From an uncultured Candidatus Saccharibacteria bacterium (GTDB taxonomy: Bacteria; Patescibacteriota; Minisyncoccia; Phycocordibacterales; UBA5272): a stretch of DNA of 64,000 bases. The stretch is taken from assembly GCA_964635125.1 (NCBI GenBank), contig CAZWMQ010000001.1, positions 84,386 through 148,385 of the forward strand, in the 5' to 3' direction. Below, piece after piece: positions 36,839 through 48,142 of this stretch. Position 1 is the first letter of the stretch; the number at the start of each line of letters is the position of its first letter. The position numbers and the translations under genes were made by a program. Under the pieces are notes generated by a model, which saw nothing but the letters and a program-made list of their open reading frames with translations, was not told where the DNA came from and searched no databases.

Positions 36839-37111
36839 ATGACAAAGATTAAAAATTTAAGAGACGAAGTTCTCTTAAAAAAAATTCAAGAACAGATCAC
36901 TCTTCTGAAAAATGGGCTATCTAGCCTTAATTCAGAGTATTCTCTAAAAGAACTCTATAAGGAGTTTTATCCAAGATTTATATTTACCTCAAAGGATTAT
37001 CAAACTTGTCTTGATAATTTCAATAAGGGTAAAATAAGTGAGGAGGATTTTAGAAAACAATTCGCAACTTTTTGTACCAAAAAACAAATAGAGTTAGGAA
37101 TTGTTTTTTAA
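36839..37111 (+). CDS. Hypothetical protein
   Basis: ORF with its own -10 and a downstream hairpin. Confidence 0.55.
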   Translation: MTKIKNLRDEVLLKKIQEQITLLKNGLSSLNSEYSLKELYKEFYPRFIFTSKDYQTCLDNFNKGKISEEDFRKQFATFCTKKQIELGIVF

Positions 37112-37271
37112 AAGAGAAGATTTTTCTTGAATTTTCCGCCTCCACTATATATGTAAGTAGAGGCGGATTTTCTTTTATAAAAGATATAAAAACATATATT
37201 ATTGACCTTATTATATAATTATGGTATTATTATATTAGCAACGATATTTTTGAACCTTAAAAATAAAAAAT

Positions 37272-37664
37272 ATGAAAAAAAGAGAATTAAAAGATGGTCT
37301 TTTTGGACCAGCCAATCCAAAGAAGTTTAGAATTTGGAGTGGCGGACAAAATACTTTTTTAAAAGAAGAATATTTTTTCTTTTTGAATGAAAAGGAAAGA
37401 CATATGGATATATTTTGTATGGAGTTCTGTACAGGATGTGGCCGGCTTCTTTTTTTTGATAAAGAAAAAGCTATGAAGTATTATGAAGAAATTTTTCTAG
37501 GAGATGCAAAAGATTTCTTAGAAAAATTATCTAACATCTCTAAAAGATCTCAGTATATCGAGGTCCCGGTATGTCAATACTGTGTTGAGGATCTTTCAAG
37601 GCAAGAAGCCGAAGCCAAGAAAGAAATACTTTTGAATCCAATTCCAGTAATTAAAAATTTTTAA
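37272..37664 (+). CDS. Hypothetical protein with two CxxC motifs
   Basis: CTGC and CQYC; TTGACC..TATTAT promoter. Confidence 0.6.
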   Translation: MKKRELKDGLFGPANPKKFRIWSGGQNTFLKEEYFFFLNEKERHMDIFCMEFCTGCGRLLFFDKEKAMKYYEEIFLGDAKDFLEKLSNISKRSQYIEVPVCQYCVEDLSRQEAEAKKEILLNPIPVIKNF

Positions 37665-37665
37665 G

Positions 37666-37974
37666 ATGGAAACAATAAAGTTTAAGGGTTTAACTGCTGA
37701 AGAGCGGTTAAACCTAGATATGCCGGAGGATCTTTTTCAAGAAATGAAAGAAGATCCTAAAGTTAAAGAGTATCTTGAGCTAGAAAAAAATAAAAAGTCT
37801 AATTCTCGATCAGTTGAACTTTATCTATATATAATTAAAAAATATGTAGATAAAACTAAAGGGTTGACGGAGGTGAATCTTCTTTTAGAAGAAGTAACTC
37901 TGATTCCGGAGAGGTTAATTTTTCTTATAAATTTAAGAAAATTAACCTTAAAAAAACTTATAGAAAAATTTTGA
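37666..37974 (+). CDS. Hypothetical protein (apparent TGA stop)
   Basis: Coupled to previous ORF; terminator directly follows the TGA. Confidence 0.55.
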   Translation: METIKFKGLTAEERLNLDMPEDLFQEMKEDPKVKEYLELEKNKKSNSRSVELYLYIIKKYVDKTKGLTEVNLLLEEVTLIPERLIFLINLRKLTLKKLIEKF

Positions 37975-37980
37975 TTTTTT

Positions 37981-38001
37981 AAAACCGCTATTGCGGTTTT
38001 T
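37981..38001 (+). terminator. Intrinsic terminator
   Basis: AAAACCGC-tatt-GCGGTTTT plus T tract. Confidence 0.75.
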
Positions 38002-38215
38002 ATTTTTTGATGTATAATATTAGTATGAAAAATTGGCGAAAATTTTATAATTCTAAATTTAATACTTTCTTATTAATTATCTTAATAATTTTAATGATTA
38101 TAGCAATCATTTATATGAAAAAGAATCCAGGAATATATTTTCCTAATTAATTTTAAAGTTAAGGTTTAACTTTATATTTTATAGTTTCGTGTTATAATAA
38201 AACTCTTAAGAAGAT

Positions 38216-39154
38216 ATGGCAATTGGCAAATCTTTATACACCGAGCAGTCAAATAATGTTTTTAAGACTTGGCTTTATATGGCAGTGTTTGTTTTCTTAT
38301 TTGCTATTTTAGGGCTTTTTGTTGCTTATTATTATGGGAATGTTAGTATTTTCTATATCGCTATAATTATTGCTTTAATAATGAATATCTATTCATATTG
38401 GAAAAGTGATAAATTAGTCTTATCTATGTCTGGAGCGAAAGAGATTGCGAATAAATCTCAATATTCAGAGTTATGGAATGTTGTTGAAAATATAGCGATC
38501 ACCGCTGGATTACCAATGCCAAAGTTATATATTATTGACGATCCAATTCCGAATGCTTTCGCTACCGGAAGAAATAAAAATCATGCGGCGATCGCTGTTA
38601 CCTCAGGACTTGCTTCAATGTTAAATAAAAGTGAACTGGAAGGAGTGATTGCTCATGAGATGAGCCATATTGGGAATCGGGATATTTTAATCTCTACAAT
38701 CATTGTTGTCATGGTTTCAGCAGTAACATTTCTTTCGCAAATCTTTTTTAGATTTAGTATATTTGGTGGTGGAAGAAGTAATGATAGAGATTCAAATAGC
38801 GGAGGATTTCTAATGGTTGCTGGATTTATCGTAATGCTAGTCTTAGCGCCACTAGCAGCCACAGTTATACAATTAGCGATATCACGAAAGCGAGAATTCT
38901 TAGCGGATGCGGATGGAGCAATCTTAACTCGTTATCCAGAAGGGCTCGCTTCGGCCTTAGAAAAGATTTCCCAATTTAATCAACCTTTAAAGAAGGCTAA
39001 TAATGCTACGGCTCATTTATATATTGTAAATCCAATGGGACTTAATTCTAATAATATAGATGGAAAGAAAAAGACAAATTGGCTTACAAGATTATTTATG
39101 ACTCACCCTCCAATTGAAGAAAGAATTAAAGCTCTAATGGGGATGAAAGAGTAA
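38216..39154 (+). CDS. htpX: M48 zinc metalloprotease HtpX
   Basis: PNAFATGR, HEMSH, SRKREFLAD, THPPIEERI; near lemA. Confidence 0.95.
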   Translation: MAIGKSLYTEQSNNVFKTWLYMAVFVFLFAILGLFVAYYYGNVSIFYIAIIIALIMNIYSYWKSDKLVLSMSGAKEIANKSQYSELWNVVENIAITAGLPMPKLYIIDDPIPNAFATGRNKNHAAIAVTSGLASMLNKSELEGVIAHEMSHIGNRDILISTIIVVMVSAVTFLSQIFFRFSIFGGGRSNDRDSNSGGFLMVAGFIVMLVLAPLAATVIQLAISRKREFLADADGAILTRYPEGLASALEKISQFNQPLKKANNATAHLYIVNPMGLNSNNIDGKKKTNWLTRLFMTHPPIEERIKALMGMKE

Positions 39155-39159
39155 GTTTA
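39112..39159 (+). repeat. Direct repeat copy 1 (htpX 3' end)
   Basis: 48 bp, 3 mismatches versus 45922-45969. Confidence 0.9.
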
Positions 39160-39323
39160 GGATTTTTTGGGAATCTCTTTTTTAGAATATTTTATATTAA
39201 TTCTATATTATAGAATAGTTGTTTAGATTAAATATTAAATATATTATATTTTTATAAGGTTTTACAGAATCTTTTAATTTTTGAGAAATAAAATCTGTTA
39301 TAATTATAATAACAGATAAATAT

Positions 39324-42300
39324 ATGGGTAATAGTAGAGCAAGAACTAATAAAAAAAGAACCCTAAGAGAAATTATAACTTCTAAGATGAGTAAAGAGGA
39401 TAGAGATGTCTTAATTAAGCGAGAAGCGGAAGAGTATTTAGCTATTTGTAGAGACGAATCTTGCCATAAGGTAGTTAAACAAGTAAAGAAGTCTAAGCAT
39501 TTTTTAAAATGAGCTATTAAACTAATCTTACCTGATTTTTTAGTTGGACATCCTAATCTTTTTGATAATTTCCGAACTCTACGAACCCATCCACAATTCC
39601 ATGCTTTTCGGAGAGCGATAATTGCTTGGATAATATTTACTGTAATAGTCAGCTCATCCGGAATCTATTCTTTAATTAATGCTAAAAAAAGTAGTGCTCA
39701 AGTACAATTTCAATTTAAAACTGGATATTATTTAGGGGCCGGAGATGGAACAGTCAAACATATTACAGGCTTAGGATTTAAGCCGGAGGTCTTGATAATA
39801 AAAGCTGATACTACAGCAGGATATGCAATATTTAAAACAGCCTCTATGTCAAGTGGAGAATATGCTTATTTTGCTGCTTCAGCAGATAATGTAGAGAATC
39901 AAATAACTTTTGATGACGATGGTTTTACTTTACAATTAAATGGAGATGTCAATGCTAATAATGTTATTTATAAATATATTGCCTTCGCCGGCAATGATTG
40001 TTCTTCATCTGGAGTAATGTGTTACGGTTCTTATAATGGAAATTATGTAGTCGGGTCACCTAATCAGACTATAAATACAGGATTTAGTCCTGATCTTGTA
40101 ATTGTAAAACGTACCATAACTACAGCCGCTAATTTTCTAACTTCTGTTATGCCAGATTCTGGAGCAGGATATGCTAGTTTTTTCACAGCTACGGCCGACG
40201 ACACTACTGCTAATTATTTTCCGGCGAATTCCATTAGCAGTAATGGGTTTACGGTGGGTCCATCTAACAATACTTATGCCGGATTATTTTATTATTTAAC
40301 TTTTAAAAAAGGTGCTGGGATTTTAGATGTCGGAAGTTATACTGGTAATGGAACTAGTCAAACCATAAGTCCTCCATTAATGTCTCAAGTTACTCCAAAC
40401 TTCGTACTTACTAAAGCTACCACTGCAGTTTTGCCTGTATTTAATACGACTCAAAGCTACGGTGACTATTCAAGTGTTTTATCTAATGCTGCTAATGTTA
40501 CTGGAGCTATAAAGCAATTAATTCCAGGCGGTTTTTCATTAGGTAATAGTAGCTATTCTAATAGTAATAATACAGGTTATTGATATTTTAGTTTTGCTGG
40601 TGGGAACATGCCGGTAGCCAACGGTTCATTTTTAATGAAAGCAGGATCATATGTTGGAGATGGCAGTGCTAACCGTACAATTGGAGATATAGGATTCACC
40701 CCTGATTTAGTTATTGTAAAATCTGACGGACCAGATTATGCAATTTGAAGCACATCCATGGATTATAATTTTTCTCATTATTTTTCAGTAGCCTTAGCTG
40801 GCATAACCAATGCTATTTTAGGTATGGTTAATGGCGGATTTACCATAGGATCACATTCTACAGTTAATACTAATGGTACAACTTATCATTATGAAGCTTT
40901 TGGAAATGCTTCAACCCCATTTGCAGGTGGGAGAGCGGCTGATTTTGTAATCGGAGCTTATACTGGTAATGGTTTAGTGAGAGATATAACTAATTTACCA
41001 GTTAGTCCTGACATGGTGATGATAAAAGAAAACGGTACAGATGCAGCGACTGTTTGGTCTTCAACTATAATGGCGACAGGGACAACAGCTTTCTTATCAG
41101 CAACAACTAACGATGTTTCTGGAAATTTAATCAAACAGATTAATTCAGATGGATTTTCTTTAGGTACTAATAATATTGTAAATCGATCTGGTTATGTAAA
41201 TAATTTCTTTGCCTTTTCAAAAAGTGCTGCTTTTAATATAGGATTATATACAGGTTCTGGCAGTCAGCAAGATATAACTACTACCGATGGAAATACTGCC
41301 ATAGGGTTTACCCCAGATTATGTCATAACTAAAAGAAGTACCAATGTTGATCCTGCTCATCGATCAAGCGCAATAGATTTAGGAAATACGACTCAGTATT
41401 TTAAAAATGTGGCTAATTTTAATAATGGTATTACTGATATTATTAATGGAGGATTTAGAGTGAGTACTGACGCCACCGTTAATACAAATAGTGGAACTTA
41501 TTATTTTTTTGCTTGAAAGGCTAGTACAGCTACAACTTCACCAGCAACACCAGTTAATGTTTCTCCACCTGATAATGCTTCTGATATTGGTTTAAACGAC
41601 ACTTTACAAGCTTCTGCTTATACAGATTTAAATCCTCAATTAGGTACTATGTGACAAATAGCAGATGATCCAAATTTTAATTCTTTAGTTTGAAGTCGAA
41701 CAACAAATAACGCTGAAACAAGTATTGTTATTAATTCTAGTAATGGAGTGTTTTCCGGTTCTTTAAATGGAAAACAAAAGCTTAAACACAACACTAATTA
41801 TTATTGAAGAGTAAAGTATTCTAATAGTGTGTATTCAGCATGATCGACCTCAACCTCTTTTAAAACTTTAGCAATAGATAAACCAACTAATATTTCTCCA
41901 ACAGATCAAGAAATTATTAGCACATTGAGTCCACTTCTAAGCGCTTCTACTTTTTCTGATCCAGAAGTAGGGGATACAGCAAATTTAGTTGAATGACAAA
42001 TAGATACTAAGATTAATTTTGACTCACCAATTTACGATTCGGGATCTATTAGCTATAATAATTCTATAACAATTCCAGACGCGACTCTTTCTGATAGGAC
42101 GGTATATTATTGAAGAGTTAGGTATTTGGATTCTGATAATCAATGATCTGATTATTCAACACCTACCAGATTCTTAACTTCTAAAGAAGCAGAAGTCTCG
42201 GTCAATCCTCTTTTCGGAGGGAATGTAGTTAATCAAGGAGACCAGGTAAAAATTGATGCCCAAGTTAAGACAGTAGATGGTTTAGCAGTTAATGATGCTA

Positions 42301-45300
42301 CAACGACAATTAGTATTTATAATCCTTCTGGTGCGAAGATTATCAATAATGAGACGATGAATTACATCGCATCATCTAGTGGTATTTATCGATATCCATT
42401 TACTATTCCAAATATTGATGGAAGTTATTTGTATGAAATATCTGCAAAGACTGGTATATATAATGGACTAGGAGCAGCAAATTTTGAAGTTAGAAATACA
42501 GCACAAGATATAGCTGATACAAAATCTACAGTGGTAAATAATAACAATCTAATTACTGACACTAAAAATATTGCCTCAAATACTCAAAATCTTACAAATA
42601 ATATAAAGACTACGGTGGAAGATACTCAAAACATTGCTTCCAATACTCAAAATCTCGCGAATAATATAAAAACCACTGTAGATGACACACAGTCTATCGC
42701 TTCTTCTACGAATTCTCTAACTTCTTCTATTAAAAATACAGTGGAGAGTAATAAAGCCAACCTAGATATTTTAGTTGGAGCTTTTATTGTGACTCAAGGA
42801 TCGGTGAATGACGCTTCTCCCACAACTAATTCTTTTATCTCTTCTCTGACGAATTCTACTGATAATTTTTATAAAAATTCAGTCTTAACTTTTACTTCTG
42901 GAGTCTTAGACGGACAAAGTAGAAGAGTCAGTGATTATAGTGGGACTACTAAGAGATTCACTTTAGATCCTGCTTTGACTAATGCACCAGTTACGGGAGA
43001 TACTTTTACTATCACTACCCAAAATGTCCGAGTCGAAGAACAAGTTGCTGATCACGAGGCCTCATCTTCAGCTTTTCGAGCTGACACTACTTCTCGTTTA
43101 ACAAGTATTGAAGGTAAAGTAGATTCAATTATCTCAACTTTAAATACTGTAGATTCTAATTTAGATGATGCTCAAAGTATGCTTAATCAAGTAAGACAAG
43201 CTCAAAATAATAATTATACTATTGAGTATTCTGATATATCTAAAATTCAAGCTGGGACCACTTATCGTGCTAAATTAACCATTTTAGATTTTCAAGATAA
43301 GCCAGTTGATGCTTCTTCCACTCCGTCTGTGATAATTTATGATCCTACACGAGCAACAGCTACAGGTACTCCAGCCACTATGACTAGGCTCTCAACTGGA
43401 GTTTATGAATATACTTATATCACTAGTACTGATGCCGTGGCTGGATTGTGAGAGAGTGTAGCTACAATTAATATAAACGGAGAAAATATTACAAAGAATG
43501 ATTATTTTGAAGTAGCCGGAGCTCCTGCTCAGGTGTTTATTAATAGTATAAGTAATACTAATATCCCTAATATTTCAGCTGAAACAACAATTACCAACGA
43601 AGGAGGGGGAGAATATGAATATCATTATGAATGATGTGTAGTCTCAACTGAAAACAATCCTTGTGGAGGAAGTGATGATATTTATTATGCTTCCGGAGCT
43701 AAGCTTATATCACCTGGACAGAGTTTTACTCCAACTTTGACCGCCACAGTCAATCAGATTGGTGATTATTGGTTTAAGTTAGTCGTATATTATGGTACAG
43801 AAGTAAGTGCAGCTTCAAGAACATTTACAGCCACTAATAATATAAATAACAATGGTAATAGTAGTGGTAGCAGTGGAGGGGGTGTCTCTTATAATCCCGC
43901 TAGCCAAACAGATATATATCAAGAATTAACAGATATTCATAATCAATTAGATATAAATTCTCAAAAGCTTTCGGCCACCTTAGATAGTCTAGGAATTATT
44001 AATCCAGTTTTAAAAAATCTTTTAGAAGTAGTTAGTTTAAGTAGTAATAATTTAAAAGACACCCAGAATAAAGTTGCCGATCTTAAAGCTATTTCAGCAA
44101 CTATTAGACAAATTGTCGATGGAGGAGCAACTACACCAACTGTAGAGACCTATATGAAATTTAATTCTGTTGAAATTCATTTTCTTATTACCAATCCTTC
44201 AGATGAAGCTCAGACAGTAAAATTTAAAGCTTTCTTGCCAGCTGAAGCTAAACCAGAAAATATAATGAATTTAGACGGATTACAAATAGACTATGATACA
44301 AATGCTAATAGTTATTATGTTCACGGGGATATTTATCTAAAAGCAAAAGAAAGTATTGCCAAGGAAGTCGAGATGAAAGATATCTGACAATTTTCTAAAG
44401 AAGAAATACAATCTATCAGAGACCAAGTCTCAGAATTAATTGGATTATTAAAAAAATCTCAATATGAAACTGATGGAGTATTATTAAAAAATAGTATAGA
44501 ATCAACATTAAATATTATTACAAATAAACAAGACGAGAGTTATTCCTCCCCTCAAGAACACATTGTTACATTTAGAGAAAATCAAGAGAGAATGCTAGAA
44601 GTTAAAAATAATTTAGAGAAATTAAAGTCTTTAGTTTCAGAGGCTAATAATTCTAAAAGTATAGTTGGAAATATTGGAGGTATACAAACTTTTGCTACCT
44701 GAGGAATTATTTTAGCTATTGTCTTTGGATTCGCTTTACTGGCTGTTGTGATATTTGCTATGTGAAGGCATCAAACCATTTTAGCTACACAAGCTTTAGG
44801 TTTAAGTAAATTAGATACAGATAAGCATTTTGGTAAGAAAGTATTTGATAAATACTCAAATGTAGATATTAATGAGGAGGCAGGATATTTTCATCAACAT
44901 AAGTCTATTAAAAAGATAGTCTTAGTTATTATTTTATCCTCAATGATTATAGTATTTGGTATTTTTGCTTCCAGGTATATATATAGATTTAAAGATATAT
45001 CATTTTTGAAAAATATAAAAGTAATCGATGATAAAGTTAATGTAAATAACACTTTAATTAAAGAAGAAGATAAAGGCGATACTAGTGTTCCCACAAGCGA
45101 GGAAAAAGCTAATACTAATTTAGCTCAAAATGATTTAGATAATATAAGCTCTAACAATACTGATTTATTGGAAATATTAAATACTGAAACGGGCTGACTA
45201 AATGTTAGAAGTGAACCATCTTCTAAATCTGATTTAATCAATAAAGTATATCCACAAGAGAAATATCAGTATATAGACAAAAAAGATAATTGGTATAAAA

Positions 45301-45362
45301 TTATATTAAAAGATAAATCTACAGGTTGGGTCTATGATAAATATGTTAAAATCACCAATTAA
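39324..45362 (+). CDS. Giant multi-domain surface protein (~2012 aa, 17 TGA=Trp)
   Basis: Six ORF-track fragments lie in one frame and the gaps contain only TGA; GSYTGNG..GFxPDLVIVK repeats, two Fn3-like YY*RV domains, 21-aa repeats, TMs, C-terminal SH3b. Confidence 0.85.
42558..42746 (+). repeat. Three 63-nt (21-aa) tandem repeats
   Basis: DTKNIASNTQNLTNNIKTTVE / DTQNIASNTQNLANNIKTTVD / DTQSIASSTNSLTSSIKNTVE. Confidence 0.8.
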
Positions 45363-45801
45363 AAAAGAAGAATTAATATTTGATACTCTTACAAAGAGTA
45401 TCGCCTTATTGGTAATGGGGCTAATTTTACCAGCAATCATAATTGTGATTGTTAAATTTACTGGATATTCTGAAGTTGTAGAAGAAATAGCTAAAGCCAC
45501 CATTGTTTTATTTTTAATATCAAATTTAAAAACTTACAGATTAGAGGTTATTTTTGCCATACTTTTTGGTTTTTTATTTGGCTTATCTGAAAATATTTTT
45601 TATTTTAATCAGATTTTACAATCAGGTAATATGGATACTTTTTGGCAAAGGTTTATTTGGACTATACCTATGCATATTTTTACAGTATTAATAATGACTT
45701 TAACAGCGACGGGTAGAAAATGGTTTTTATTTTTTGGTATTTTGGCAGCAATAGTGGTTCATATTATATTTAATGTGATAATTGCCCCAAGTCTTATTTA
45801 A
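45343..45801 (+). CDS. PrsW-family intramembrane protease (start may be 45334)
   Basis: VEEIAK, GFLFGLSEN, PMH, HIIFN. Confidence 0.8.
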   Translation: MLKSPIKKEELIFDTLTKSIALLVMGLILPAIIIVIVKFTGYSEVVEEIAKATIVLFLISNLKTYRLEVIFAILFGFLFGLSENIFYFNQILQSGNMDTFWQRFIWTIPMHIFTVLIMTLTATGRKWFLFFGILAAIVVHIIFNVIIAPSLI

Positions 45802-45921
45802 TAGTCTGGAATAATTAAGCTTAAAGTCGAGGTCTAATATTGAAGCTGTGGTATACTTTATATACAATATAAATAAGACACAAAAGGAATAGTAGAGTCT
45901 TCAGGTATGAGATCGTTTTAA

Positions 45922-45969
45922 AATTTAAGAAAGAATTAAAGCTCTAATGGGTATGAAAGAATAAGTTTA
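45922..45969 (+). repeat. Direct repeat copy 2 (duplicated htpX 3' end)
   Basis: AATTTAAGAAAGAATTAAAGCTCTAATGGGTATGAAAGAATAAGTTTA. Confidence 0.9.
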
Positions 45970-45979
45970 TGGAAAAAAC

Positions 45980-46510
45980 ATGAAAAATAATTTAAGAAAA
46001 TTCTGGGATAATTTATTTTTAATATTTTTAATTATTTATACTATAGTGACTATTTCTCATGTATTTAAATTTGAGAAGATTTGATGGGTGTATTTATTAT
46101 TTTTAGCTGGATTACTTCTAGCTAGATTCGCTCATGTTAGGAAAAATTATATTACGATTATTCTTTTATTAATTCACATGAGTATTGAATGATTCGAATG
46201 GTCACAGAGTGGGATGAGTTTCGGGCAAGGAATATGGAATGCCCTTCATGTAATAATGGACTTTGTCTTTCTTACTCATGAATTATCAGTTCATGCTAAG
46301 AGACATCGTTATACTATACTATCAGTCTGTGTAGTTTTTCTTCTATCTATATTTATTTTAGGGCATTTTATAATTCCAAGAGTCCCAGCTATTCTAGATT
46401 CAATTGAGCCATTTGTAATTGGAGGAATATTGGGCTGTGTTCTGTCACATCTTTATTATCATTTACGAAGTAGTTTTAAATTATTAGAAGGAAGAGAGCA
46501 TTGGCATTAG
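45980..46510 (+). CDS. His-rich multi-TM hypothetical protein (176 aa, 2 TGA)
   Basis: Frame extends upstream to ATG 45980 through TGA only. Confidence 0.65.
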
Positions 46511-46926
46511 GATTTATTTTTGAGATGTTTAGAATATCCATAGATTATTAAAGCACAAGTAATTAGGGCTAAATTTTTAATAATATATTGGCCTTCTAAA
46601 CTTGGTACAGAGAATCCATCTCAAGTTTCTTCAGTCAAAAATAATAATGGTCCAAAAGTGGTAATCATATGGATTATAAACATTGGCAAGACGACCTTTT
46701 CTAAACCTTTAATTAAGAAAAATATTCCAATTAAGCATTCAAATATTCCAAAGCAGATTAAGAATGTCTCAAAACTCATAAAAGGAATTGTTCTCTCAAA
46801 AAGATTTTTAATTAAATCACTAGCCGGGGATAATCCTAAGACTTTTAATATTCCAAACCAGAAATATATTATAAATAAACTGACTCTCGACATTGGAAGT
46901 AAAATTTTTAAATAATAATTATTCAT
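46507..46926 (-). CDS. DoxX-like membrane protein (139 aa; TGA at 46621)
   Basis: YFWFGILK..SPA; PSLEGQYIIKNL appears only after TGA read-through. Confidence 0.8.
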
Positions 46927-46985
46927 ATTTTTATATATAATTATAACATTTAAAAGTAGGATATAAACGATGTTATAATCATACT

Positions 46986-48101
46986 ATGAATAAAGAGGAT
47001 TACAGAAGAGAAAATTCTAAAAATGAAAATCTAGATAATAATATAAGCAGAAGAAGTTTCTTTAAGAAAGCTTCAGTCTTAGCAGCTGCTTTAGCTGTAG
47101 GTTATGGAGCTAAGAAGTTATTAAGTAGTCTTGAAGAAAACAAAGAAAAGGAACATGGCCTAGTGACTTTTTCAACTGGTAGTCTGGCTGGTATGAGATT
47201 AGATGGTTTATATAAATATTATTTAGGTATGAATAGCGAAATTGTTCCAAAGGAGATTAGTGTTGATTTTTCTAAACAATTAAATAAATTATGAGATATT
47301 AAAGATAGGAAATATAATACTTCTCAAGCCGTGGATACAGCCAGAAGAGAGCTTTTAAAAGACTATGATAAGAAGAGAACTTTTTTAAGTTTAAAAGAAT
47401 ATATTCAAAAAGCCGATAGAGTTGCAAATAATATTTATGAAAATTTAGATTGGGAAAAATATGGAAACAAAGCTAAATTAGATGAGATTAAAGTTAATCT
47501 CTTGAAGAAATTATCATCTAAGATTGGAGGAGAGGAATTATTAGCCTATGCTTTTACTGAATTATTACCAAGCGATAATGGTAAAATTAATGTTAAAGTA
47601 TTTGATTTGTTATTAGAAAATGCCGGAAGAGAATATATTGAATCAATACCAGCTATTTATGATAAATATGCTTCAATTGGCCCATTTCAAATGACTTCTT
47701 ATGCACTTTATGATATTCCTGGTGAAGAAAAGAGAGGGGCTAGCAAAGTCGCTCCTTATGTAAAAGATCTTGATTTTCCTAGTAATGTGATTAAACTTCG
47801 TGGTGATGATAATTTTGAAGCGGCTTATCTTTTCGCTGTTGATAATATTTCTTTTATTTTAAGAAAGTTAGATAAATCACAAGTTAATAAATTTAAAGAT
47901 TTATATGATTATAGTGGAGATGATTTGGTTCAATATATAGCTACTGCACACCATGCTCCAGCTAATGCTAGGGTTGCCTTTAAGCGGTTTATAGATAAAG
48001 GATGTAAGAAAGGTGAATTTTATAAATCTTGTAATAAAGCTTTAACTTTATATGCATTAAAAACTAAAAATAATTATAAAGCTATCAATGAAAAGGAATA
48101 A
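46986..48101 (+). CDS. Hypothetical protein with RR-type N-terminal signal, possible lysozyme-like fold (371 aa; TGA at 47292)
   Basis: SRRSFFK + hydrophobic helix; AFTEL..SIGPFQMT..ATAHHAP. Confidence 0.6.
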
Positions 48102-48142
48102 TTGACCTAATGTATATATTTATAGTATTATTTAGTTAATTT

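Noticed and set aside
42558-42746. CRISPR array
   Set aside because: In-frame degenerate coding repeats without unique spacers; no cas genes
39324-45801. Prophage
   Set aside because: Despite fibre-like repeats, no capsid, terminase, portal or integrase is seen
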